Shown in pieces: positions 14,604 to 27,785 of a DNA stretch of 64,000 nt. This DNA is from Eremomyces bilateralis CBS 781.70. Its lineage: Eukaryota. Location of the stretch: NCBI GenBank assembly GCA_010015585.1, contig ML975152.1; one strand, given 5' to 3'. Position 1 is the first letter of the stretch; the number at the start of each line of letters is the position of its first letter. Position numbers and translations under genes: made by a program. The notes under the pieces were generated by a model. The model made no database searches. It was not told the DNA's origin and saw only the letters and a program-made list of their open reading frames with translations.

Positions 14604-15135
14604 GATTTCAGCATAGTCCGAGCCGAAAGGTCCGGATCTCTCGTGAAAAAGGCGGAGTGGATAATATCAATTGGGTTGTAATTAGTGGAGGAAGTCTGTA
14701 CCACACAGTGTAATGGGGTTGGGTCAGCCGCAGGTCTTTCTCAAAGGCGTATGGGATTTCTGGATTTATGGACGAGTACAGAAAAAATTCCGTCCGATCT
14801 GTTTGTACATTCGCTATATTCAAAAGTGTGTATAAATATAATATGGCTTATGAAATGCAAGGCGATTTGCCTATCCCCGATCGAAATTGCAAGGCGACTC
14901 AGATGCTTCATTTCTCGTCATATCACAATCTTTTCCCTCATAACGACCGCTACATAATAACCATCTTCCAACCGAAATTCCTTACGCCAGCCGAGATCCC
15001 GGAAACCGAAGCAGTACCTAGCTGAACTCCGGAGCTCGTGACAAGTCCACGGTCAAGATTGATGGAACGCCGTCGATAGCCATGCATATGTCTCCCAAAT
15101 TTATATCTCAATTACTCACGCGCGGCCGTCAAGGT

Positions 15136-17589
15136 CTACGAAGCGAGCCACTGACAATGGCAGCTGCCCGGCGGCTCGTCCCTCTTCCTCAGTTCGACTG
15201 ACTCTCCATCCCCCTCAGGGACAAGTCCTTCCCACCTCTTCACCGCTTCCCCTGCCTGCTGTGCTATCGCCGTCACTGCCGGCGTCGGGTTGAGAAATTC
15301 GTCATACGAGGGCTCCGTCTCGTTCAGATAGATGATGATCGGTTTCCCGTTGCCGTCATGCACCGGTTTGACGCCGGCCAGGCCGCCAAGCGACGGAGAG
15401 GTGGTGAAAGCCGAGCTTTCAACGCGTCTGGCTCTCTGGCAGTAGGGCGACGGTTTTTGACCACCTCGGGGTAGACGACGTTCTTCAAAGCGCACGACTT
15501 TGGGGAAAAAGGGGTGAATCACAGAGGAGGGGGATGCGGAAGGGGATGAGGAGGAGAAGGAGGAGGAGGATGTAGGAGGGGCCGAGGACGTGCCTAAGGC
15601 AGGGTCGTCGCGGGGGCTCAGCCAGTTGGCACTTGCTGACGGGAACGCGGTAAGAGTGCTATCGAGATCCCGAGCGTGAGCGAGGAATACAGCGGAGGCG
15701 CTTGTGGGGTCCGGGTGGGTGTCTCCGGTGACAACGCTAGCGACGGGTGTAGGCGATGGAGCTTCGTCCGAAGAGAAAGGGAGCGAGGTGATGGTCGTAG
15801 AAGCACTGCTGGGCTTTGATGAAGCGGCGCTGCTGTCCGAGTTGACGTAGAAAAAGGCTTCGATAAACGTCCGATTCCACACGCAAACCCAGAGGTCTTC
15901 GCCGGGGACGACAGCCGTCCTGTGGAAGGGAGGTGATCGCCGACCCCCGCCATCGCCCACCCATAATTCGGGCTCTGCCTCGGCGTCTCGGGCGTTTAGC
16001 GACGCGGTGAGGTCCTTTTCTTTTAGCAAGACGATCTTATCGTAAGTCGCCTGGAAATGATACGCGGCGCCCCGAGACGGCTCGTTCAGGTCGGAGACGA
16101 GAAGGAGGCGTTGCGGGCCGATTTGCGGGGCTTGATGTCCATACTCCACATGCGGTACCGCGGTATCATCTGTGCCCGGAGAAATTGACACACCGGGGTA
16201 GTTGCTGCCGGCCATAGGCTGGAAGGTCATACGAATTGGAGGCCCGGTGTAGTCGCAGCTCCACGCGCTGACCTGATTCGTATCAGGTAGGCAATTTCGC
16301 TGCGATGACTCCGGGGAGACGCTCAAAGGGAAGGGATATGTCCCGGCCTGGATCATGGGGACTGATGTTGGAGTGGCTATCACCGAAATATCAAATATGG
16401 TGGGGGTTGTGACCACCGTGACGATGGATGGACTACGCGGCGGCATATTAGCAAAGTCACGGGCGGATGAAATTCGAAGCGGTACTCACGTTACACCGCT
16501 CTCCTTCTTCTTGCCAGCAATGAAGCCGCCTAAAACAGATCCAGTGATGAGTGCGGTCAAGAAAATGGCACAGGCAAACCCGCAGAGTAACCAGATTGGG
16601 ACTCTCCCACCACACACTCGTGTTTCCCGTTTCTCTCGCCAGCTTTTTTCTTTCCAACACTTCTCCGCAGCGACGGATGATCCAGAAGATGTTGACGATC
16701 CTCCAAGCCGTGGCTGTAGTTCTAGATCAGGTTCCGGGCTTGTCTGTGTAGAATGGCGTTGAGATGACCGAGGACTGGCGGGGATATCGGCGTCCGGGGC
16801 GATGGACACCCGGGTGATAGGAGCCTGCATGGAAGATTCTGCTTCAGCTTCAGGAGTCGGTGGATTCCCTGGCGGGGCGACCTTTGCGTAAGCTTCATCC
16901 GCATATCTGGAGTATGGAGGGAGCTGTTCGGTATGGCCATCGGGTCCTACAATATCCTGCTCTTCACCATCTGGGCCGACTCTACGGCTAAAAGTCTGTC
17001 CGGTGCCCGGGAAACCGATCGGAATAGAGGCCGGTTGATCGAATCGAGCGGTATCGTCCGCTACAGGCAATACATTCTGCTGGTACAGGCCATACGGATG
17101 ATTTGGTCCCGAGTCCGGTCCGATTGACGCCTGTGTGCGATGTATCGGACCCCTAACTACGCTTGCTGGGGGATCGATGCCACTTTCCCGCGCGAAAATG
17201 TTCGACGACCGATTCGTATACAGTGATGCAGCGCTCTCCGATCGTTGTGGTGCCGAAGGTCGTGATATGCCGCGTCCGGGTGATTGTGTACTCTCGGATC
17301 CGGGCGCGAGATACCCATCTAGTGCTTTCGCAATGCTATTTCTCGGTAATGTCTCTTCCGTGTCGATTGCTCTTCTGTGGGTGGTAGATCTTCTCCGGTG
17401 ACTTGATAACCGCTCGGTTCCTGTGGGAGTGGGCGGGGCTCGAAATTGAGCCTCCTGAGGACTTAGGCTCCTTTGGGAAACGGGGTCGGTCGGTCTAACG
17501 GCATATTCATCGTCAAATACGTTCGGATTGTCTGGCCTTGTGTCCATGGGAGTGCGTTGATGGCCGTCCTGGCTACTCCGTCTCTCCAT
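15136..17589 (-). CDS. Uncharacterised fungal single-pass membrane protein (about 800 aa)
   Basis: Two ORFs joined by intron 16489-16433; disordered N-terminus with LPPYSRY, one hydrophobic helix (IWLLCGFACAIFLTALITGSVLGGFIA), then a Cys-containing, Ser/Thr-rich domain ending CHCQWLAS. Confidence 0.8.
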
Positions 17590-19930
17590 GATGCCCGCAA
17601 GCGGGCACCGCTGGCCCTGGTCGTCCAGGAGCCAACCACTCGATGCCTAGAGAGCTAAGATCGCTTTGTGGAGAGTCGAGACGGGAACAGACGAAACTGT
17701 GACAGAATTCGAGGTTGTAGTGGTTCGTTGATATGAAGCCAGAGGCCGTTGGTAATGCAGTAAGAAAGAGGGAATGGCCGATCGATCACTGGGAATCAAT
17801 CATCAACGATGAATGATCAAGAGACAGCGCGCACGGTTGCGAAGGTGTGCATCCACCCATCGCTGCAGATGATTGACCATTCAATGGCCAGTTTGCCACC
17901 CAGAATGCCTGCACCCAGGGAATCGTGATCAGGGCAAAGTCAAGTGCGGGCTGTAGTAATAATACCGCTCCCTAAGTGGCCAAGTTGCTGTAATAAAGTC
18001 ATCGCTAGTACGGATGTAGTTATTATTAAGATTGATGCGGGTGGGGGATAGCAGGACAACTAGAGCGAACTGTTTTGATTCCTGAATTCCTACCTATTGG
18101 CTATTGTATTCCGTACTACTCGCGCACTGCGCCCATTAGGAAAGAGCATCAGGATATAATTTTGAGCGAGACTGATCGAGCATAAGACGATAATTCGCAG
18201 CGTTGCATAATTCATCCGTGGCTGTATTATTCAACTCGAATTCTTGCTGGGTTGTGAGAGAGATGCCGCCCGCTTCGCCGTTTACGGTTAGTACGGGGTA
18301 CAGTATCTCCAAATTATGGCATACATGATCGGAAGTGAATTGGGCTGCGACGCGAGACCGTTTCATTTCAATTGCTTCTCTTCACTTCAACGGTTTGAAC
18401 CGGCAATTTATCCATCATTGAGATTTGAGTGTCTCGACATTCGTCGTCTCTGACTTTCGATATTGGGATACTCCATTGTCAACGCCACATGATCTGTCCG
18501 TAGTAGACATCCGCTGGCGAAGAAATCTTGATAAAGAACTTGCGAGATATTGGTTCGCATGTGAGGAATAACAACTCAATTGTGTATATGAAACCTTGTC
18601 TTATCGTGGTGTTGATGGCAAGACTGCCCTAATATAAACTCGGTAGCCACAGAACGACGCTTGTGGCTCAAAATCGAAATGGTAGTTTCAACAAAGGAAC
18701 TTTGAAACATAATATTGGCATGATGCTGTCGAACAGTCGAAGCTTTAACTACCTATCATACAGTAGAGAATTGTCGCGGTATTCTTCCCAAAGGCTCTAA
18801 GGGGAACAATGACTCCCATTGGTTTCCCTGTCTTTCGTGCAGCTTAGCTACTTGGCCAAGTAGCATGTAAGTAAGTAGGTCATAGCTGAGCATTTTGTTA
18901 ATGGAGAAGTGAGTACCTATCCTCGACCAGAGTTCGTACACGCAATCTTGGGAGGAGATAGGGGATGAGGAGATCTCGATTCTCGAATATCGATGGATGC
19001 TTGAGTCAGTACAGCTTCTAACCGGATCGGAGGACTGGACCGGAGTACGGAGTATGGATGTAAAGATTCCGTTCAAAACTTAGAATGGTCTGATTTCTCG
19101 ACGGTCCATCAACCTCGTTGTCATTCGTCATTCGTCATTCAGAGGCGCAGCACAATGATTGATGATGAGTGAGAGAATGGACTTTGCGTCTCAGAAAGTT
19201 GAAATCGACAATGGCACTAAGAACAGAGCACAACACACGTACCAGACCGCCCATCCCGGGTCTCCAAAGCGCCAACGCTCCGACATGGTCCCTGGCGCTA
19301 GCGTCCGTTTTCGGGGTCGGAAGTGGAAAAATGCCACCACTGCAAACTGGCCTTCCCTGCTTAGCGCCTGGTGAGGTCGGGGAGTGGCCGATCCCTGGGA
19401 CCGCCCACCAAGGCAGCCGGCACCTAGGCACTACGATGGTGGGGCCGGCGACAGGAACCACCTACCAGGCGTCCAGGACCGCCCGCCGCGCGGCGCACAT
19501 CCCCCTCCATGGTGCTACGGTGCACCAATATGTATGCCATGCGTTCAATTGTTCCATGCGCCACCCATCCCTAGGGAGTTCCCACACACAACTGAACATC
19601 CATCCGATACGGAGCATCAATTTTTCTGTTGAGGACCGGGCCAAACAGAGAGATTGACATTTGGCTCCGACTACTTTCTTGTTATTATCCTGAGGACCTG
19701 AACTTCATCTCCTCTTCTTCCCATCCCGTCACCGACTTTTACTCTTTCATTCTTTTCCTTTCACTCCCTCCGACCCCTTGGACATTCCCATTCTCCCCAA
19801 ATTCTTCTGCTTCAATTGCTCCCAATTTGCCCCAATTGATCCCCACTGCTCCTGCCAACTTCCAGAGCTTCCAGAACTTCCACTCGCGACCAACACCACC
19901 GAACACCGGACCTTGCAACTTTCACCGAAG

Positions 19931-21514
19931 ATGGCAGCCCGACCTCAGAATATTGGCATTAAGGCCATTGAGATTTACTTCCCGAGCCAGGTATGTGTCG
20001 CTACCCCTAGAATGGTGTGGAAAGCTCGACGCAGCACCAGCAAAAATGACGAAGTTCGGAGTACTGACCATCGCCTCTTCGAATAGTGCGTCGACCAGGC
20101 CGAACTGGAGAAGTTCGATGGAGTCAGCCAGGGCAAATATACCATCGGTCTCGGACAGACCAAGATGAGCTTCTGCGACGACCGAGAAGGTATGAAATCC
20201 AATGTTCAGGCGTTTGCACCGTACTAACCGCTCGTTCGCCACAGACATCTACTCCCTCGCCCTGACCTCCCTGACCTCCCTGATGAAGAAATACAACATC
20301 GACCCAAACTCCATCGGCCGCCTGGAAGTCGGCACCGAGACCATCCTCGACAAGTCCAAGTCCGTCAAGTCGGTGCTCATGCAGGTGTTCCAACCATCCG
20401 GCAACACCAACATCGAGGGTGTCGACAACGTCAACGCCTGCTACGGTGGCACCAACGCCCTCTTCAACGCCGTCGACTGGGTCGAGTCCTCCGCCTGGGA
20501 CGGCCGCGACGCCATCATCGTTACCGGCGACATCGCCCTCTACAAGCAAGGCGCCGCCCGCCCGACCGGCGGCGCCGGCTGCGTCGCTATGCTGGTGGGC
20601 CCGGACGCCCCCATCGTGTTTGAGGCGGGGCTGCGCGGCTCGTACCTGGCGCACACCTACGACTTCTACAAGCCGGACCTGACCTCCGAGTATCCCATCG
20701 TCGACGGGCACTACAGCATCAAGTGCTACCTGGAGGCCGTCGACGGCTGCTACAAGGCGTACAACGCGCGCGAGAAGGCGCTTAAGCAGGCCGCCAACGG
20801 GGTGAACGGCGTGCACGAGGCGGACACGCCCTTGGACCGCTTCGACTACATGTGCTTCCACGCGCCCACCTGCAAGTTGGTGGCCAAGTCCTACGGCCGG
20901 CTGCTCTACAACGACTACCTCGCAGACAAAAGCAACCCGGCCTTCGCCGACGTCCCCGCCGCTCTCGCCGACGTGTCCCACGACGCATCCCTCACGGATA
21001 AGACGGTCGAGAAGACCTTCATGGGGCTGACCAAGAAGAAGTTCGAGGCGCGCGTGAAGCCCACCACGAACATCCCGACCATGTGCGGAAACATGTACTG
21101 CGCGAGCGTGTACGGAGGCTTGGCCAGCTTGTTGTCGCTGGTCAGCAGCGACGAGCTGCAAGGCAAGCGCGTCGGGATCTTCTCGTTCGGCAGCGGGTTG
21201 GCGAGCTCCCTGTTCAGCCTGCGGGTCCGGGGCAGCACCGCGGAGATGGCGAAGCAGTTGAACATCCAGGAGCGGTTGGAGGCGCGGAGGACTGTCGATC
21301 CGCAGGTCTACGATGACGTAAGTTTGACCGTGAATTTTTGATTATATGGGAACGCTGAGGTTAACGATCATCGCAGATGTGCAACCTTCGCGAGAAGGCG
21401 CACTTGAAGAAGAACTATTCCCCCGCTGGAAACGCGGAGACGCTTGTCCCCGGCACGTACTACCTAACGGAGATCGACGACCTGTTCCGACGCAAGTACG
21501 CCATCAAGGAGTAG
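19931..21514 (+). CDS. ERG13: Hydroxymethylglutaryl-CoA synthase
   Basis: [35 protein letters not shown] (catalytic Cys), [19 protein letters not shown]; introns 19991-20086, 20190-20244, 21318-21376. Confidence 0.96.
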
Positions 21515-23046
21515 GTTTGGGATTGGGTAGGATTGATGACGACCATTGAAAACGACGGGTGGAAGATGGAAAACGACGGGTAAAGGATTCGCACGACCAT
21601 TTGGGTGTCCGGTGCCCTTTTTCTCGAGCATGGGGAGAATTTTGACTCCATCTCCTTCGTCTGATCCTTCTCTTCGGAGGGACGGGAGCGGTTGGCACGG
21701 TGGTTCGGAGCATGGCTTACTAGACGATACCATTGCACTCATAGACCCGGCGGACGATGGACAGACGGTGGCTTGGAGAACCATAGGTTAATAATAATAA
21801 ATGTGTCCCGATTTCGATGGATTTGTATGTTCTGACGCTTCCTGCTTTGGCGAGGGAGTACTATTCATCAGGACGGTATGGTGAGACGAGAATGTGTTTC
21901 GGATTCCGCAGTCACGGTCTATTCCGTCACCTGTCACTTATCATGAGTGTCACAAGTCACCTGTCAACACGGTAGAAACTGACAAACACGATGGAGTCCT
22001 TTCTTCTATCGAACTGTCGAACTGTCGAAGCGAAACATCAAATAGATTACGGGATACTCTCATCTACTTGCCATGATCATAGGCTATTCACAGCATCCTG
22101 ACTATTCCTCGCTCCTGAGTCCCTGACAGTGGCTGATTCCCTCTCACTCAACCCCGTGGAGGCTGTGCATTCGATGTTTCTTAATCCCCTCCTGTCAAAG
22201 TGTCAATCCCCTCCTGTCTGATCCTCAGATCCTCATCCCCGCCAGTTTCTCACCTTCTGCTTATCGAACAAGCCTTACTGAATCTGTCGTAGCCCCGAGC
22301 CGGACGATTGGCTGCGATCAAACACCGGCAGGCATCCCCCTTGCAGCGTTGCACCTGGATGCAGGAACGCTTCCTCCTTGGCGACGATCATTGGCCGAAC
22401 CTCCATCTCGAAACACCGTCAGGGGGACGGTTTTCCGGGCAGGTGGCCGCGCTTTATCCTGCGCTCTTCTCTCGGACGCCTAAAAGCTCAGATCCTCAGG
22501 CCCTAAGCAATTTGGCTAATCCGAATTCTTACTGTAATAGGTAGTAATTCTCTAACGAGACCGCTAGCAGTGGGGTGACGAGTCCGACGACTGACCAGGG
22601 AACAAATCCTGAGCCGGAAACTCGGAGTCCCCTTCATTTCTTCGCCCAATACCCTCCATCTCCACATCCTCACCACCATCCTTTCTCTCCAATTCATCAC
22701 TCTCTTTCGCATCGGGTAGACGTCACGGTCACTTTGCTCCCTTGCTGAGCAGGAAGTCTTTGTGGAATTTGTATTGCAAGGTGCTCTTTCGCATCAGTCG
22801 CTCTCTTATCAGTTATCTGTGATCTGATCTATCTCTCGTTTTGCTGTCATCGTACACCCCCTTCCTCGTGCCATTTCGCTCACTTTGCACGCCGCCTGTG
22901 TCGCGCTGCTATACCCTCATTTCACCGTCGCGAATTCAGTACGAGTCTACTCTCCCGCAAATCAGTGTCTGGAACACTTCGCACGCGGTTGACTTTCATT
23001 TAACCCTCGAAATCCACTCATATACTTCCTCCCCCCAACCATCACG

Positions 23047-24327
23047 ATGTACTCTCTCGCCTTCCTTTCCCTCGCTCTCCTCTCCCTTCTCCCAACCTCC
23101 CTCGCTCAAACCCATACGAATTGTGACCCTCTCACACGGACCGATTGTCCTGTGCATACAGCGCTGGGGACCAACGCGACCTTCGATTTTCAGAAGCACC
23201 AAGCGGACGATAAAGTCTGGAACACCACCAACGGGAAGGTGAATTTCACCCCCGACGGAGCCCAGTTCACCATCAAAGAGCGGCTGGAATCCCCCACCAT
23301 GCAATCGACGTTTTACATCTTATTTGGTCGTGTGTCGTCTATTGTCCGGGCCGCCCCCGGCCAGGGAATTATCAGTTCGGTGGTCATCCAGGCGGAAACA
23401 TTGGATGAGGTACGACCTTTCCTGAAACCAGACTCCTCGATTGGCATCGATATGGAATCGACGGCATGAATGCGGCCAAATGACTAACCTGCGTGCACAG
23501 ATCGACTGGGAATGGCTCGGCTCCAACACGACCAGCGTGCAGAGCAATTACTACGGCAAGGGCGACGAATCTTATGGGGGCCGCGGCGGTATCCATGATA
23601 TGGTTGACCCGACGGCCGACTATCACAACTACACCACCGTCTGGACCAAGGAAAAGCTCGAATGGTGGCTCGACGGCAACATCATCCGCACTTTGAAGTA
23701 CGAGGATGCAAAAGACGGTACTCGCTTTCCCCAGGTACGTTCATAATCTCACCGTCCTCGAGACCAGAATCCTAACCATGCCGTCTGTAGACCCCCTCTA
23801 CCGTCCGTATTGGCATCTGGCCGGCCGGCGACCTGCAGAACCCCGATGGCGTCCGAGAATGGGCCGGCGGCGATGTCGACTACAGCAAAGGGCCTTTCAC
23901 CATGACTGTCCGGTCCGTCTACGTCGAGGACTTCACCTCCGGCGCCACGTACGCATACGGCGACACCTCCGGCAACTGGCAGTCCATCATCGTCACCCAG
24001 GGAGAGTCCGAGGCCGCCAAGGAGATCTACACGCCCCATGGCGTCTCCGGCCGCTGGAATGCCCTGCCGAAGACCACGCGCATCGCCATCATCGCCAGCA
24101 GTTTAGGCGGCCTGGCCCTCGTGCTGCTCGCCATGACGTGGTGCTGCATCCGGCAGCGCCGCGCCGGGAAGAAGGAGCGCATCATCGCTGACGCCGAGTT
24201 CGCCAAGGGCGAGAACGAGCTGATGGATTATCGGCGGCACATGCAGAACGGTGGGTTCGCGATGCAGGGGGGCGTCGGCCACGCTCCGCCGCAGCCCGTG
24301 TATCATCTACCGAATAATCGATTCTGA
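23047..24327 (+). CDS. GH16 Crh-family chitin transglycosylase/cell-wall glucanase with C-terminal transmembrane helix
   Basis: Signal peptide, QTHTNCDPL, catalytic DEIDWE split by intron 23410-23500, FPQTP across intron 23735-23790, EWAGG, hydrophobic helix followed by CCIRQRRAGKKE. Confidence 0.9.
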
Positions 24328-24778
24328 CGAACCGGAGAATCTACGCGTGGAGCTATGTGGTGATGGACGATTTTACTAACGTTGGATATTCTTTGGGTTG
24401 GTGGGTGTGGATCTGGAGTTAAATGATCTAGACTCGATCTAGGAGACGGTCGATCGCAGCCTCTTATTTTTGAATGCGCATTCAGCGCATTTGTCTTTTC
24501 TTCCGATTTTCGTACAAGCCTCCGCCCTCCGCGAGCGTTTGTCACTTATTCTTCCTCTTCCTTGGAAAGGGGACACGACGATTCTCCGCCTGGTTCGACT
24601 TTGACAATCTCGAGCAGAAGTGAGGGATATCAAGATGCCGAGCGTCATCGGTTCGCCCGCTACTATCTCTGCACAATGTTGAGGCCGATGGAATGTAAAT
24701 AGAGACGGCAATCGACAATATTTATGTCATCCACTTGAAGTTCCACATTCTCTCCATTTCGGTATATCCTTTTACTGA

Positions 24779-26350
24779 TTATATCACCGCACTCTGTGCC
24801 ACCGCCTCATCCCACGTCAACCCCTTCACTCCCCCCCTCATCCCCTCTTCTATCCACTCGTCCTCCAGCACATTCCCCTTCCCCCATCGCCACCTCCACT
24901 TCTCCGCCAGCCGCCCCACCCGCTCCTCCCGCCCCACCAGCACATCCACCACCTTCCCCCCTAGCACCGGCAGGAACTTGAACGCGTGCCCCGACCCGCC
25001 GGTCGCGAGGAACAGCGACCCCCCGTACCGCGGATGATAGGAGACCAGAAAGGAACTATCCGGCGTGTCCGCGTAAGTGCAGACGCGGCTGTGGGAGAAC
25101 GGCCGGGTGGGGAGGTCGCGGAGGCTGGCGGGCAGCGGGGAGGGGATGTTGGGGGGGAACAGCTCGCGGATATAGCCGCGGAGGGCCTCGTCGGCTTCGG
25201 CGGGGAGGGTCACTGTATGCCCGTCTGTCACTGGCACCGACACCTTTCCTTCCCCTTCAGTCCCCGTTTCGTCCCACTCCTCCATGCCCCCTAGCCCCGC
25301 GTCCCGTGCCACCCAGTTCATATACCCCACCCCATGCCTCGCCACCTTCAAATGCGGATGCCTCACCCGATGCGCATTCGGATACCCCTCATCCACCCCC
25401 GTCGCATACGGCGGCGGCGGCGGCGGGATCAAGAACAACCCCCGCGACATATCGATCTGCGCAGGTATCTTCGCCAGCGCTTCCGCCTCCGCCGCCGACA
25501 GCGCATAATACCCCATCACTTGCCCCGTCGCGCGCACTCGGTTCCCCAGGCGCAGTAGCGCGTTCGTCCACGCGCCCGCCGCGAGGATGGTGAGGTCGGC
25601 CGTCAGCTGCCTCCCGTCGCGCAGGTGCGCGCCGGTGATTTGCGGAAAGGGGGCGGCCGTGGAGGACAGCCGCGCCACTGTGCCTACCACGAACGTCACA
25701 CGCCCCGTCGCCTCGACCTGCCGCCGTAGATACGCCATCGACGCCTCCGCGTCCGCCCATCCTGAGCGCCGGTTCACGTAGCCCGCGGTGCCCGCGGTGC
25801 CAGGAGTGCCGGAGAGGCGGAGGATGTCCGCGCGGGTGGGCAGGATGTGCAGGCCGTCGCTGTGGCCCATGGCTTGGAGGTTGGCAAGGGAGCGGTGGAG
25901 GTAGTCGACGTTGCTGGGGACGCAGGTGAGGACGAGGCCGCATTCGTAGTAGCGGCTGGCGTCGGCGTGTGATTGGCGCCAGTGGGTTTGGGCTTCGGTG
26001 GCGAAGGCGGCGTAGTCGGGGTCGGCGTAGTCGGCGCGGATGAGGCGGGAGGTGTCGATCTAAGGTGTGGTTAGTCGAGTTGGTTAAGGGGGAATCGACG
26101 TTGGATGTCAGGGTCGCTCGTGGGATCAAGGGGCGGTCCCTTAGAAGCAAAGGAGAGAGATGGGAATTGAGAAATGGTGAGAATTCCTTACGCTTGCTCC
26201 ATCGGGAGTGGGAAACTCGTGCTTGTCCACCAAGGTAATGGTTGATTTCGAGAACTCGTCCCTTTCACAGAGCGATAAAGCGGTCGATAATCCAAAAACC
26301 CCGGAACCTATGATCAAGACTGACTGCGGTGCGATAAAAGGCTCGGACAT
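24779..26350 (-). CDS. FAD-dependent oxidase of the sarcosine/L-pipecolate/fructosyl-amino-acid oxidase family
   Basis: GSGVFG Rossmann motif, ASIDTSRLIRADY across intron 26191-26060, RVCTYADTPD (flavinylated Cys position), ATGGSGHAFKFLP. Confidence 0.88.
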
Positions 26351-26723
26351 AATGGATATCGTCTAAATGGAATATTACTATCAACTATGTTTGGATATTA
26401 GGAAGAATGTATATTTCGTCCGATAATCAAGCTTGCCCATTAATATTACATTGGGAGTGGTTTAGGTTGTGCCATTGGCCGGATTGAATTGCCGTTTCGA
26501 GCGAAATCAGTCCGAGAGGTGATGCCGTGATGGCCTTGTGATCTGTGGGACAAAATAATAATTTTGGGAATTGGGATGATCTTCGTTTCAGGGATTACTA
26601 GATCGAGATCCAGTGCGATCAATCATCAATGGGATATAGGAGGGACCAGTCCACTCATCCTGTGCCGTACTACATACAGATATATCTCGATGCTCGCCGG
26701 CATCAGAGCCCCATATTATGATT

Positions 26724-27785
26724 CTATGACCGCCACCACCAAGAATACGCCGATTTCGTCTCTTTAGGCTTTGGAGGACTGCTTGTGGTCGCTCGCAACG
26801 ACTTCGCCTCTGTGGCTTCCATCTTTTGTCTATCCTCGCGTGAGAATGGCTTCAGTTCAAACTCGTACATCGTCCCTAGTGCATGCCTCCTCTGCTCCAC
26901 CACCTCCAACCCGCTCTCCCGCACAATGGCCTCAATATCCCGGTTCCACCAGCATCCATACTTCTTCGCATGATCCGTCGCGCTCCCATCCAGAGCCTTG
27001 TTCATCGTATCGTAGTGAAAGCGCCCATGATCCAACAGCAGAATCCTCCCACCCGGCCGCCCCAATCTCCCCAGACTCTTCAACATCTCGACCGGATCCT
27101 CCGTCGAGCACAGCCCCATGGTTTGGATCACCACATCGTACCCTACGGGCTGTCCCTCTGGCATCGGCACCTCCCCCGTCGTGCTCTCCTCCAGCCACCG
27201 CACCGGGACCCGCTTCTCCTCCTTCGAAAACCGATGACTATCCTCCCACTTCTTCCGCGCCACCTCCAACATCGGCCCGCTTGGATCCATAAACGTGATG
27301 CTCTTGCAATTCCGCTCCTCAAAATACCCCGCGTTCCTTCCCGTCCCCGCCGCTGACTCCAGCACGTGTCCGCTCGCCTCGCTCGTCATCCGCCGCCGCA
27401 GCGTCGAGATGCCCCAGAAGTACTCCTGCCACTTGACCTCGCTGTCGAACGTGCGCGCCTGCGCGTCGTAGCGCTGCACCGGGTCGAAGTCCTCCGGGAG
27501 GGGCTGGACGATCTCGGCGTTACGGGACAGGGTCATGTAGCTGAAGGTGGTGTAGGCGACGAGGCCGGTGCCCGACAAGCCCATAACCCATAGGGCAAAC
27601 CGACGGGAGCGTTCGATACCGGAGGCATGGCGCACAGCGGGCGAGGGATTCGGTGGAGATGATTTTCGAAGGGTAGGAGGCTTGTTGGAGTGTTGGTATG
27701 CAGGCGGACGAGGAGGAGGTCGAGGTGGTCGAGCAGCCCGAGCTGGTCGAGCAGCAGCCATTGGAGGAATCTTTGGAGGAGGCAT
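26724..27785 (-). CDS. OMS1: Mitochondrial SAM-dependent methyltransferase, Oms1-like
   Basis: Basic N-terminus, one TM helix, GHVLESAAGTGRN, YDVVIQTMGLCS, ILLLDHG, HAKKYGCWWNRDI. Confidence 0.8.
   Translation of the reverse strand: MPPPKIPPMAAARPARAARPPRPPPRPPAYQHSNKPPTLRKSSPPNPSPAVRHASGIERSRRFALWVMGLSGTGLVAYTTFSYMTLSRNAEIVQPLPEDFDPVQRYDAQARTFDSEVKWQEYFWGISTLRRRMTSEASGHVLESAAGTGRNAGYFEERNCKSITFMDPSGPMLEVARKKWEDSHRFSKEEKRVPVRWLEESTTGEVPMPEGQPVGYDVVIQTMGLCSTEDPVEMLKSLGRLGRPGGRILLLDHGRFHYDTMNKALDGSATDHAKKYGCWWNRDIEAIVRESGLEVVEQRRHALGTMYEFELKPFSREDRQKMEATEAKSLRATTSSPPKPKETKSAYSWWWRS

Noticed and set aside
19603..19613. TCCG-ATA-CGGA palindrome upstream of ERG13 as a sterol-response site
   Set aside because: Single short motif that does not match a consensus I can state with confidence
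17700..19900. Short ORFs in the 2.3-kb divergent region before ERG13
   Set aside because: No consistent splice model or recognisable domain; a decayed gene at 18100-19000 cannot be excluded without BLASTX
20124..21161. 345-aa antisense ORF over ERG13, and similar ones over GCV2, the oxidase, the helicase and the methyltransferase
   Set aside because: Shadow ORFs expected from GC-rich third positions; no recognisable motifs
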